NCBI GenBank assembly: GCA_964035545.1
Contig: OZ037768.1
Span: 15,669,875-15,733,874, forward strand
Source of the DNA: Bugula neritina
Lineage: Eukaryota > Animalia > Bryozoa
Direction: 5' to 3'
DNA length: 64,000 bases
A program made the translations under genes and the position numbers. A model generated the notes under the pieces. That model saw only the letters and a list, made by a program, of their open reading frames with translations, did no database searches and had not been told where the DNA came from. How positions within the stretch are numbered: position 1 is the stretch's first letter; every line of letters begins with the position of its first letter. This document shows positions 1 through 11,700 of this stretch, one piece after another.

Positions 1-64
<64 letters not shown>
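1..64. repeat. (AT)n microsatellite with short (AC)n tail, cut by the window edge
   Basis: Direct reading. Confidence 0.95.
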
Positions 65-65
<1 letters not shown>

Positions 66-3000
66 TTATGTTTTATGTATAATACATATTGTTATTCAGA
101 TTATTATAGAGAAAAAAGCATTTTAAATTTTGTCTGTATATAAGTCAAGCAGGATTCTGATATTATGTAAACTACTAACTGAACAATGCATTTAACAAAC
201 TTTTTCGGTTATTTTATCCAATATTGGAAATTTTACTTTTATGTCAGCTAAATGACCTGGTAAGCTACTATGCGAAGTTGGGCATTGTTTTGTTTTAGGT
301 ATTGACATGTTTTAGCTTTATTTTCATATTTTCAAACACTCTTTTTTAATTAATCATATTTTCCAAAATACATATACTATATGTGAACTTTGCAAAGCAA
401 CATTTTAAAAGAAGGTAAAGTTGAAGAATAGAGTTAGACATAGAGTAGACAACTATGGTAATTCGTACAATAGCATTTTTGTAATTAAACTATTTTCCTA
501 ATTGTTGCTGGTAGACTTCCTTAGGCATAAAGCTAGTTGAAGGGAAGCTAGGGTGTGTCAGCCACACACTAACTTGTAAATAATTGAACTAGTACATCAA
601 ATACTTCAACACTTTTCACTTGACTATTTAAATTTATGGTAATCCCTTCCTTTAAAATATTTGAAATTTCCTTTTACATTAGCAACATAGGGACATTGCG
701 TGATACACTATTAATATAGAAATAATATAGAAACCACTTGTACTCGGTTTTGTTGGGGCTGTTTTATAACTTTTGCTTTAAAAATATAAAGTTTGTATGT
801 AGTAGTTTCAGCTTAAACAATTTTGTAGCAATCCAAAATATGCCTTATAGTACAACTCATTTCTAGCAGCAACCAATCAATTAACAAAACATCATGATAT
901 TATATAATATATCTAAAAGCATTACAGTCTACAACCGTGCTCTTCAACACAACACCAATTTGCCATTTGACTTATAAATATGCAATTTGCATGGAGGAGC
1001 TTGTTTGCTTGACACACAGGAGCAGTGGTTGAAATTAGTTACTGCGTTTGTATATTTACAATTGTGTTCATAAGGGACTCTTGCTCACTATTTGCTCCAT
1101 AAAATTACAATTATGTTATGTCAATGTTTTAGTTGCTTTGTATTGAAGAGTATTATTTATACAATAGAAAGTAAAAGGAAAATTAATTAAATTGACTAGA
1201 GTAGAAATGTTTGTTAAACGTCATAGGTGTCTCATAGGAAATAAAAATTGTGTTGAGCAGCTAACAACTTTTCAGCTACAGTGATTTAGGCCTAAACTTA
1301 CTGAATTGTTTCTGGATAAGCATAGCTGGTGTTTTAAAACTATAATATATAAGCTGTTGCTATAATGTTAAGAATAGTAATAGTGCAGGTGTAATCTGTA
1401 TCAATGTTTTCATAAATGAAAAAGTTTAGATTGCAAAGTCATCTTAAAATATTGTGTATATACAAAGATGTTTCTAACACGTGGAGTAAAATTTTAAGAA
1501 TTTTCTAAAACAAAGTCAATTTTTTTAAATCAATTTGTAGAAGCTACTAAATTCGAAATAATGAAATTCAATAACTTTCATATTATTTCTGACTCTTTTG
1601 CACTTTTTACTTGCATATGCAATAAAATTTATTTATTATATGATTGAAAGTAACAGGATGGTTATTTTCTATTTTAATTGTATATAATATAGAGGTTTGG
1701 GCCTAGCTTAAAGTATAACTGTTGTCTAAAGTTATTTGCAAACTATGGTAGTAACTTTTTATGAAGCAATTTTAATGTGAATAATGTGTAGCAAAAAATT
1801 AATTACACTCTCAAAGCCCTTAGTTATAATTATTTTCTTAAACTATGATTGCAAAATATCATGAAGAAAGGAATTCGAAGTATTATGTCATTGAGTATAG
1901 TAACATAATTTATTATGTCAATGCAGAATTACCAGTAGCAACAATCGTTTATAATAAAAATATTCATTTTAACATATCCTGTTGACATGATCTTATTGCC
2001 AAGGTTAAATGCAAACAACATAAATTTAATCATTATTAAGTTGCTTCTCGGCCTTCCTTGCCGTTGCATTGACTACATAAACCATAACCAATTTCCTTGA
2101 AAGGGGAAAAATTTATTATTTTCCAAGACATCTGATGTTTGTGTTAATAAAAGTCTTGACAAGTCTTTTGATGTTTTAGTCAGTAGTTTATAGCCTATAA
2201 ACCATCTTCTATAATAAATATAACTGCATGCTTATATCAATTTTTGGTAGCATATAAAATAATAAACACTGTTATACATGTATATAGTGAACCAAAGCAG
2301 TTTGTTTGTAATATATGTATATTTTGCCGATTCAAATTTAGACGTTTGTGAGTTTACAGAACATATTGTGCTGCTAATGATGTACATGTTAATTCACATT
2401 TGTGAGCTTGCACACTGTTTCAAGGTATTGTTTTTTTATTGTAGAAAGTCCAATGCAACAGTTATGCACACAAAGCTTAGCATTTCAATCTTCTTCTGCA
2501 AACTCAAACATTTGATTTTTTAGTGTATTTAAGTAGGAAATAATTAATAAATTTAAATAATTGGCCAAAGCTAATTGATAAGTTCCTACAACTTGGTTTG
2601 GTACATTTGATTATGTGATGCATGAATACAGGAGATAAGTTAGCAATCAAAGCAGTGTAAGTCGGCAAGCCTAAGATGACATGAAAACCAGCCTGATTCG
2701 GTTATCGGGGTTTACAGGAGTTGGCCTGTGTCAAACTTTGGTTAGCACAAGCATGTGTCAATTTTCACATAAATTTTCCAATAAGATATGTATATCACAG
2801 GTAAAATTTTGACACCTGTAAAAACTCATTAAAACCTGTCCTATTCAGTACAATTCATACCCCGGAATTACTAAGAACTTGTTTTCGGAATTAATTTAGT
2901 CATGCACAAAGCTACATTTTTTATTTAGAACATATTGTTTACATTAAAAAGTAATGTTTACATTGTTTCCATTATGACACAAGACCAATCCGAATTTATG

Positions 3001-5090
3001 TTTGCTTCCAGGTTTTGAGGCTGAAACACTTTGAAATGGGTGATCATGTTAGTTAACAGTATAGTGGTTAATAATATTACTAAATATTATATAAGCTATG
3101 GTAAAGCACGTGCTACTGTAAGCCTGCAGCCGACTCATGTAATACAATATATGGCCAAGTGGTTTATAGCGTCACAAATGCCAGAGTCAGGAATGGCATT
3201 GCCAGACTGCTTACAATAATGATTCCAACGTGAGTAAAAGCTCTAGTACCTCAGCTTCAACACTGAAAAGAAACTCACTAAGTTATTAGGCCTATTCTGC
3301 AGTCTATTGATCTGAAATATCTCCTTCATGGTAAGAATGGGATTGACATTTGCTGCTAGCACTCAACATGGTTACTTCGTTGATGGATCTACTTCAGCAT
3401 CAACCCAACATACCATTCAACAAATGCCAATGCATAAAGTTTAGAAATCCAACAGTAGATTTGAGTGTGTGTCATCATTTGTAGTTTCTAAATCTCAAAT
3501 CTCAATTGTTTAAATAAATTTTAATGAAGTTGTGGTTGAAGAACATTTCAATTAATCACAATGCATTGTTCAATAACTGCATGTGCCATATAGGATTTAT
3601 CTATTTTATAAATGTTTGATTTAATTTCAAGCAGCTTTCCTATTGATACCCAGAAATTGAGGACCTTGGTTTGCTTAATTGAAAAGAATGATTAAAATTA
3701 TGAAGAATATTTAAAAACATGTAGAAAGAATTTTAGTTGCAGTACTTGTGTAGAAGTCCATTCAAATAATTAGTATCTTGGTTAGAAGAATTAATTTGGG
3801 CAATATAATTTACACATCTGACAAAATTGTAATAAAAACAATTGCAATAACTAGTTTAGATTTTATTGAAATTATTTTAACTTTAATACTATAGTGGAGG
3901 TCAAAATGTTAAAGGTACTTTTTATACTCTTATGGCAGGCAGTTGGTAAAACATAGTTTTATAAGAACCACACTATTACCTTGTCATATATACTCAGGCA
4001 AGTTTATAGTCACCATCTCTGTGAGGAAGCCCCTGATGGAAGGAGTTACCTTGTCATATGTTTTATATAAATAATGTATAAAAATTGTATTGATCAATTA
4101 TTGAAATTATTTAAGTAAAATAATACATAACAATGGGTCTGAAAATTAGAGAATCTGCTAGTGGAATAAATAGCATGTTATAATGACGAGAAAATATTGT
4201 GAAATGACATGATGTAAATTGGTAAATAAAATTTGGTTTTTTATGTAAGGAAATCTTCACTCCAAAAACTGTTGTGCTTTAAAACTGCATTTGGTATTTA
4301 AAACATTGTCTAACTGATTATAGAAGCAATTCAATTTAATTGAATAAACTAGAAGACTATTTGCTGACAGGTGCACCTGCAATAAGTCTAGTTCATCTGT
4401 CTGACTTTGCTTGGCTGACACAAAAGTAGCTTCAGCAAAATAAGGTGAAAATTGTTTGAACACTTTTACAGTGATAATGAAATGTTTAAATTAATTAGTT
4501 GCTGTTATTCCCCTGAAATTAATCCAATGATAGAAGCATACTATTATCACAATTAAAACTTCTAATGCAACTACAGTAAAAATAAAACAGAAATCTTTAC
4601 AAAGTAGCTTTACCACATTCAGTTCAGCTTTGAACAAAACATATTACAAAGTTAGTTATATGTTGCAGGTTTTAATATCTGCACTCACTTTCTGTACAAT
4701 ACCTATAAAATTATAAATACATGCCCTGTAATAATGACATTCAAGTCTGGGCTAGCTTTGTACTAATGGATACAGGTTAATGAGTCAACTGATGATATTT
4801 AGGCTACTGCAACTGCACTCGAAAAGTTGGCATTAATGAGTATTTAAGCATTATTATTAACGAATTAATAAGTTTAATTGTAGAATGCAAACATCAACTG
4901 TCTAAAGCTTCAAGAATGACACTTCAGATAGCAAAAAACATAGGCTATTCCATTTGTAACCAGCCATTTATACAACACGAACTGGCTGGTATAGAGTAAC
5001 TGCTACGGTAGCACACCTGCAAACATTTATTTAAAGTTCATATTTGCAACAAAACTAATTGAAAGTAAAATAGTGTTATGTGGAGGATAA

Positions 5091-5574
5091 ATCGATAGTA
5101 ATTAGTTTGGCCGTACAATAGAAATATGATATAAATAAATGCGTTATATAAATAGATATCAAGTTACCCTGAATTTTGTTAATACCAACATTAATTAGCT
5201 GTAAAATTATTAAGAACAAAAGATTTAACTCATTAGAGGTTAATTAAAGATCGACTTGTATTGATGAGAAAATTGGCTCAAATACGAGAAAATATCGATG
5301 ATGTATTGATCTAGCTGTTCTCAACTCAAAGGATTTTACGTGCTCACAAGATAAGATGTTTATTAGCTGGTCTCACATTATTGAACCAGTGAAATGTCAA
5401 CAAATATGAACAATGGAATCACATGGGTCCAAGAGTTTATCAATAATTTTTTTTCATGTTGCACAATGCTAGCTTTGCCTCTTATACTTTTACTATGCTT
5501 TTATAGCTAACAAAAATTTTCTTGACTATCACTAGCAGCAAATATGCCTGAGCCAATTTTACACATCAATCGAT
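5091..5574. promoter_or_regulatory. Candidate upstream Lhx1/5 enhancer: three ATCGAT plus ATTGAT/ATCAAT and TAAT sites
   Basis: ATCGAT at 5091, 5294 and 5569. Confidence 0.3.
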
Positions 5575-6276
5575 TTCAATAGAAATCACTGCTACATAGC
5601 TGTCATTGAGCGTTTCAAAAACAAAGTACACACAACTGGAGAGAAGAGCTGTCCATTGACATACTGTAACATAATGTGCTTTTTTCACAAAAGAAGGCTA
5701 TAAGATAAAAGAGAAAGACTGACAATAAGTGAGACAGATTATTGAATTTACTTCTGCCTATATTATATAAATCGTTGAGTGCCTTTTATCCATTTATGTT
5801 CATAAATGCAAATAAAAAATATAAACAGCTCAACACATAATCAGTGTGCTAGCTAGATTTTTATACACCTATAAAAAAAAGGCTTAGACAACTATCAATG
5901 TAATCTAGATAATATTATCAAGTTTAAGTTTTATAGTTTGTATCAATAATTTGAACAACAATATACTTCTATTTATTGCCAGAATGCTAATAATTTTATG
6001 TGGCAATGAGGGAAAATAACTTTTCTCTGAAAAAACAAGTTTACATTTATCAGTTGCTATCCTTACTCCAACACGAGAGGAAGCAGTAATTTGTAGTAAT
6101 CAGTTTAGGCAAAATGTTGAGTTTATTATCTAGTGTCCTTACGCATTTACTATCGCATTCTAAAATTACCAATTTATGTTCAAAAATGTGCATTCCTGTT
6201 GATGGGAGGGAAATTCTGTCTGAAGCTTGCTGTTTGTTATTTAGAGTTGTATGCTCACCTAAAATTTTATTAGGTA

Positions 6277-6463
6277 TTGTGTGTGTTGTGTGTGTTGTGT
6301 GTGTTGTGTGTGTTGTGTGTGTTGGTGTGTGTGTGTGTGTGTGTGTTGTGTGTGTGTATTGTGTGTGTGTTGTGTGTGTGTATTGTGTGTGTGTTGTGTG
6401 TGTGTGTTGTGTGTGTGTGTTGTGTGTGTGTGTGTATTGTGTGTGTTGTGTGTGTTGTGTGTG
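6277..6463. repeat. Compound (GT)n / (TTGTGTGTG)n microsatellite
   Basis: Direct reading; it generates the spurious Cys/Val ORFs. Confidence 0.95.
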
Positions 6464-6606
6464 CTCGCGCGTGAACTAAGATAATGAAAATTTACTAGCT
6501 AAAATTGTAATGCCCACTTAATATATATGTTCACTAAATAATAAATAAAATATTTGCCAGCACTTTTAAGTAGTAACTAGCCAAGAGATAGCTGCTGAGA
6601 AAGTCA

Positions 6607-6643
6607 ATGCTGGATTTTGCAGACTACTTGGAAATGCAGATCG
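6607..6643 (+). CDS. Candidate upstream Lhx1/5 exon A (MLDFADYLEMQI)
   Basis: ATG at 6607; donor CG|GTAGGA at 6644; phase 1, compatible with the acceptor at 8482. No homology support. Confidence 0.25.
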
Positions 6644-6847
6644 GTAGGAAATATACTGCTTTCATAATATTTGACACTAATATGTATTAATGAGAAATGT
6701 TATATTTAATTAATGTGAATAATATGGCAAAGATACTCCTGGCATAGTTGGAACCTTTAAATCTCACAGTAATGCTGCAAATCTTTCCCAATTATAAACT
6801 TTCATGCAATTCTTTCACTTGCATTGTCTTCTTTTTCCTGTTTTCAG

Positions 6848-6966
6848 ACTACACTCAAGAATGCTTGCATTGCAGTAGTAAATATGGTCTGCTAGAAATA
6901 GTATAAAGATATGTTTTGAAAAAATGGATATGTTGTTACTTGATAAACTGAGGCAATTTCTAATAG
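6848..6966 (+). CDS. Candidate upstream Lhx1/5 exon B (ATG at 6924; MDMLLLDKLRQFLI)
   Basis: Strong tract TCTTCTTTTTCCTGTTTTCAG| ending at 6847; AAAATGG start context; donor TAG|GTAATT at 6967; phase 1, compatible with the 8483 exon. Confidence 0.3.
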
Positions 6967-8538
6967 GTAATTGTATTCTACAAAAATATTTAGAAATGAG
7001 CTTCAGCTGGCTACATGAAGCTTACTTGTTAAACAAACTGAAGTTTGCCATGCAAGGCATTATATAGACAATCAGAGCTGCCATGATTTCTGCCATAACA
7101 AACTAAGACTCAGCAAAGCAAATCTCTGTATTAGTTTCCCTGTTGTCTTGTGGTTGGAAGTAGACAAACAAATAACATCCATTCTCCAACTATTTTTTGT
7201 CTTGAAAGAAAAATATTAATTTTGCATATGCGTTAGACAAGAAGGCATATTAAAGATGAATTGAACTGGGCTCAACCTGCCCTGTCACAGTAATTCTCAG
7301 TTGATTAGACAAAATGCCAGATAACCACACAGCTGTTACACCCAGAAATAAAGATGTTGCATCTATTCACATTATTATATTGTATTTTCTAAATTTGTTT
7401 GCTGTAAATAAATGAGATGGGTCTCAAATCATCAGACCTAGACAAGCTAGCTCCAATAACAAAACTGATGTGAAGTATATATTTACAAGGTAGATTAGAA
7501 AGCTGGTCTGAAGTAAAGAAGTTGCTAGACATTAGATAAGAGAAAGACTTGCCGCACTTTGTAGGCATGCAACAGTTTTATATCATTCAACAAACATTAC
7601 AGGGTAGAATCCTTTCAAAGAAGCCGATCATCTCCCTCTCATATAATAATGGCTGTTTTGCTTGTAGAGTTAATATTGCAACAATAAATAACATTTATCG
7701 TCTAAATTATACTATTGTGTTCAGTTTCTAACTGACTTGCAACCTTATTATACAAACATTGTAAATTATATGCAATATCTCTGAAAAGCAGAAATTTGAT
7801 GTAAATAATTCTGGACTACTTCAGTTCCTTTTTGACTTTTTCATTGTTAATATAAACACTTTATTGCAAAGTTTAGAGTATTGTTGAATAGAGGAAAGTA
7901 TAAGAACTCATAGAGAGACGCCTGTTCTCCTATAGCTGCGTTATAAAGCTATACACACCAAAAAATACCCTGTATATAAACTAAACTTGTTGGTTATAAA
8001 TAATTATGTTGTGTTATGATATAATATTTTACTTTAATATTGAAATGAGATTCAGCTAGCATGCGTAGCATCAATTCTAGAACCAACTAACAATGATACG
8101 AATTTACAGGCTAGCAAAATAGGTTGATATGTTCTTTGAATGATGGCTGAGGCAACGCGCTGGCATTGAAACCTACTGCTTAAGCTCCACCCACTGGTGA
8201 TAGCATCTAGTGCCATTATAATAGAGGCAAGTATTATACTGCTCGCTTCGAACACAATAACTCCTCTGCATTATATACACAAATGTAACCTTCACAAATG
8301 AATATTTTCTAACTGGACTTCAACGAGGCATTACCAATCCGGGCAGCTTGTATTATACCTAACTTATTCTATAGATGCAATTCACTCTTCTATTTGATTT
8401 CTACAAGATAAATGAGAACAGTTTAGGAAAATTATTAATATATCTGATTTTGTTTTCTATTGCTCTTCTTGGTTGGATTTAGACTATCTAAGCTTAAGGA
8501 GACAAACACCATTCAAAGAACCACCTTTACCTGACTAC

Positions 8539-8714
8539 ATGATGGTCGTCACTTGTGCTGGCTGTGAAAAACCTATATTAGACAGGTTTCTCAGTAATGT
8601 GTTGGACAGATCATGGCATACAGGTTGCGTAACTTGCATAGAGTGTAAAACTCCTTTGATTGAGAAATGTTTTTCTAGGGACAACAAACTATACTGCAGA
8701 AAAGACTTTTTTCG
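8539..8714 (+). CDS. Lhx1/5: Lhx1/5 coding exon: LIM domain 1. The exon probably begins at 8483 after an AG acceptor.
   Basis: [59 protein letters not shown]; donor CG|GTGAGT at 8715; pyrimidine tract and TTTAG ending at 8482. Confidence 0.93.
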
Positions 8715-11700
8715 GTGAGTAGCATTCATAAATTATATAAATGAGTAAATTATATAGTAGTAATAACTGCTTGGTAGAAATCAAGAAGATGTTTCTCTAG
8801 CAGATACTGTGGGTATGAATAATAACGTTGAGAAATTGTAAATATTTCAATAATGAAAATAAGTACTTAGCACATTTTATTTGCTCTATTTGAAAGTTTT
8901 AACTGTTAATGTTACCTTGACACATATCTTCATATTAAAAAAGTGTGATTGCTATGCTGAAGATGGCAAGATTGCAAGACATGCTTTGCTATCACTAATA
9001 AATTATATTAGCCAGAGGGCTACTGAAATATCTCTAATATACCTTTTTATCATGAAACTTTTTAATACCAAAATAGCGAAATATGAAACAAAGCTTGGAG
9101 ACAAAATTAGGTTGATCACACTATTAATTGAAATGTTAGTGGCAAGTTTAGGTTAGAAATTTATCTTCCTTGCATGTTTATTCTTTTATTGTGGTGCAGC
9201 ATTGGCTGTTTTGATGCTGCGTTACTGCTAATATCAAATTCATTTTTCTTACCATGAAACGTTTGCTGCCAGCCAGCTTGAAAATCTATCTAATTGTACT
9301 TTTTAGACTACCAGAGTTAAACATATACCTCTCATCGTTTAGTCCTGACTTCTGAATCAGAACTTTTTGTATTACAAATAAAGTTTGCTTGAAATAGAAA
9401 TGCCAAAAACTGGCTATATAGTCATAATTTCAACATTAAAAACACTCCCATAGAATTTTCATAATGCAGCATAATAGTTTGAAAACCGCAACTTATCAGC
9501 ACAAAAGAATCTTAATTTCAATAACATTCTTAGTTTACTAGCAAAATTGATGATATTTTGGTTTTGCTTGAAAGAACACTAGCAAAGTTACGCAACTACA
9601 ATCTAATTGTTTATCATAACATATTTACACGGCTAGTGTAAGCTCTAATTTTTGAAAATGTTTATTTGGAGTTTGAATATAGTCAGTTCAATATTTAACA
9701 AAAAATTACAGTTGAGAAATTTTAAATAGCTTTTTATTTTTGAAAGTAATTTTTTCGTAAAAAGGAATCTAACAGTCGAGTGAACAAAATCAACAAAATT
9801 TTAAAATAGACATATGAAGCCAGCTCATCTGTTATTCCAACATTTGCCTAGCATATGTATGAAAGTTTAGTAGATACAGGTATTAGGATTTATGTATTTC
9901 AACTAAATTTGCCTTAGCAAGAGGAGTATTGTGAGCCCACGAAATAATTTGAATAAAATTTAAATAATGAAACTGATTAGTTGACTAAAATGACAAAATT
10001 GAATCATTCTGACAGAAGTTTGCATTAATTTGTTGCATCAACTTATTGCACACAGCTAGTGCAGTACTCCGTTCCCACAATGGCTTTGTAGGTATAGTCA
10101 TTATATTATTGGGCTAAAATCCTCTTGCTTGTCGCATAACTGGTAGCACATAATTGTAATAAGCTTTTTTATTAGTATTGACAATATTATTATCTAATTA
10201 GTTAATATAGAAACTTAGTTCCCAAGCTTTTTTATGATTATTATTCTGTGTAGTCCAAGTAAATATACATAGCTAGATACAAAATCTGTGTTGGAAGGAC
10301 AAAAAGATATTTGGTCATAATCATAACTGTAAGCAAAATAATATTTTTTTAAACTTTACTTGTGCGCAAATGTGTTATTTTTCAACCATGGTTCCTCATT
10401 AGGTGTAGAAATTTAGATTATTGATTTGTAAGGTTTATTTGATAATAAAATTTCATTACAACTGCTTTATCTCACATGTGGACAACTTTCTTGGCTGCAG
10501 ATATTTACTAAAGCTAGTAGCTCTGTTGGAAAAACCTGAGATTTTACACTCATCTCACAATCTGCTGAATATATACTGTGAAATTAGTTCATTTCAATTA
10601 CCTCCATCCAAATTTGCTTTTGGTTTTGTCTTTTTAGCTTTTGACATATATTTTACGTAATGCTTGAAACCATGCATGGTTCATGTTACAAAAATAGAAA
10701 CTAGAGTACATTATATAGCTTTAAAAAATTATAATTGAAAGGTTGATCTAACTTCTAGTTTGTACTATGATACAATTGTAATTTATTTCTAACAAGTTTC
10801 GTTTACAGATTTTTGCAATTTGCACTATAGCTTAGCACAAAGGGAGTCGCAGCTGCTACAAATTGGCTAACTGAATAATATTACTTTCCCATACGTGTGC
10901 TAAATTTCGATAATTTGCATTTCTGTTCAGTGAATACTTTGGTGTGCAACAAATGGGACATTGTATTTAATTTAGTCTCTTATATTTCATCAAATCTCAG
11001 GTGAGACTGCCTACTATAAAATAGCTAGCAGGCTTCCCCTTGTCTTTATTTGTGTTCAAAAACTTTACAATAAATGGATCATGTCTAAAACAACAGCTTT
11101 TACAGCTTCATATCTATGAATATTTAACAATACATTCACGCAAATAAAAATATGTCTTAAGCATTTTGCTTGAGTTTTATGTTATGATGGAAAACAAAAC
11201 TCAGAGCATCAGCATAATAGAATAGAAGTTATTTAGAGACAGTAACCAGCTTTAAATAATAGCCCAATGTCTTGATCATTTTTGTATGCATTTGCTTCAT
11301 TATTTTGACATCTGAACCATACAGCTAACAGTTGGTGTCTTTGAAATGCAGCACCCCACTGAATCATGCTAAGGTTGTGTACACATTGTGACTTATCACC
11401 TAGTCTCTGCACTGGAATCAGCATTTCATGTAATTTAGCTCAGTTTCAGCCAGTAGCATTTTCATTGGGGTTTCAAAATTACAACTTAGCTAAAAACTGA
11501 TTGCAACTAAAAATATTCTATAACTTTTTTTGAATAACGTAATATTAGTGCCTTGTTAAGCAAGTACAATTAAGTTTGAGTTTGAGAAACATCAATCTTG
11601 GGAAAGTTTGGGAAGGCTTATTTGTAACAAAAGCTTTGGAAACTTTCAAATGGGAAATAGTTCGAAATAACACACCATACTATCCTAAGCAGGCGATTTA

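Noticed and set aside
6114-6484. Cys/Val-rich ORFs in all three + frames
   Set aside because: Translation of the GT microsatellite, not a metallothionein-like gene
7930-7990. TATA-like words upstream of Lhx1/5
   Set aside because: Uninformative in such AT-rich DNA without TSS data
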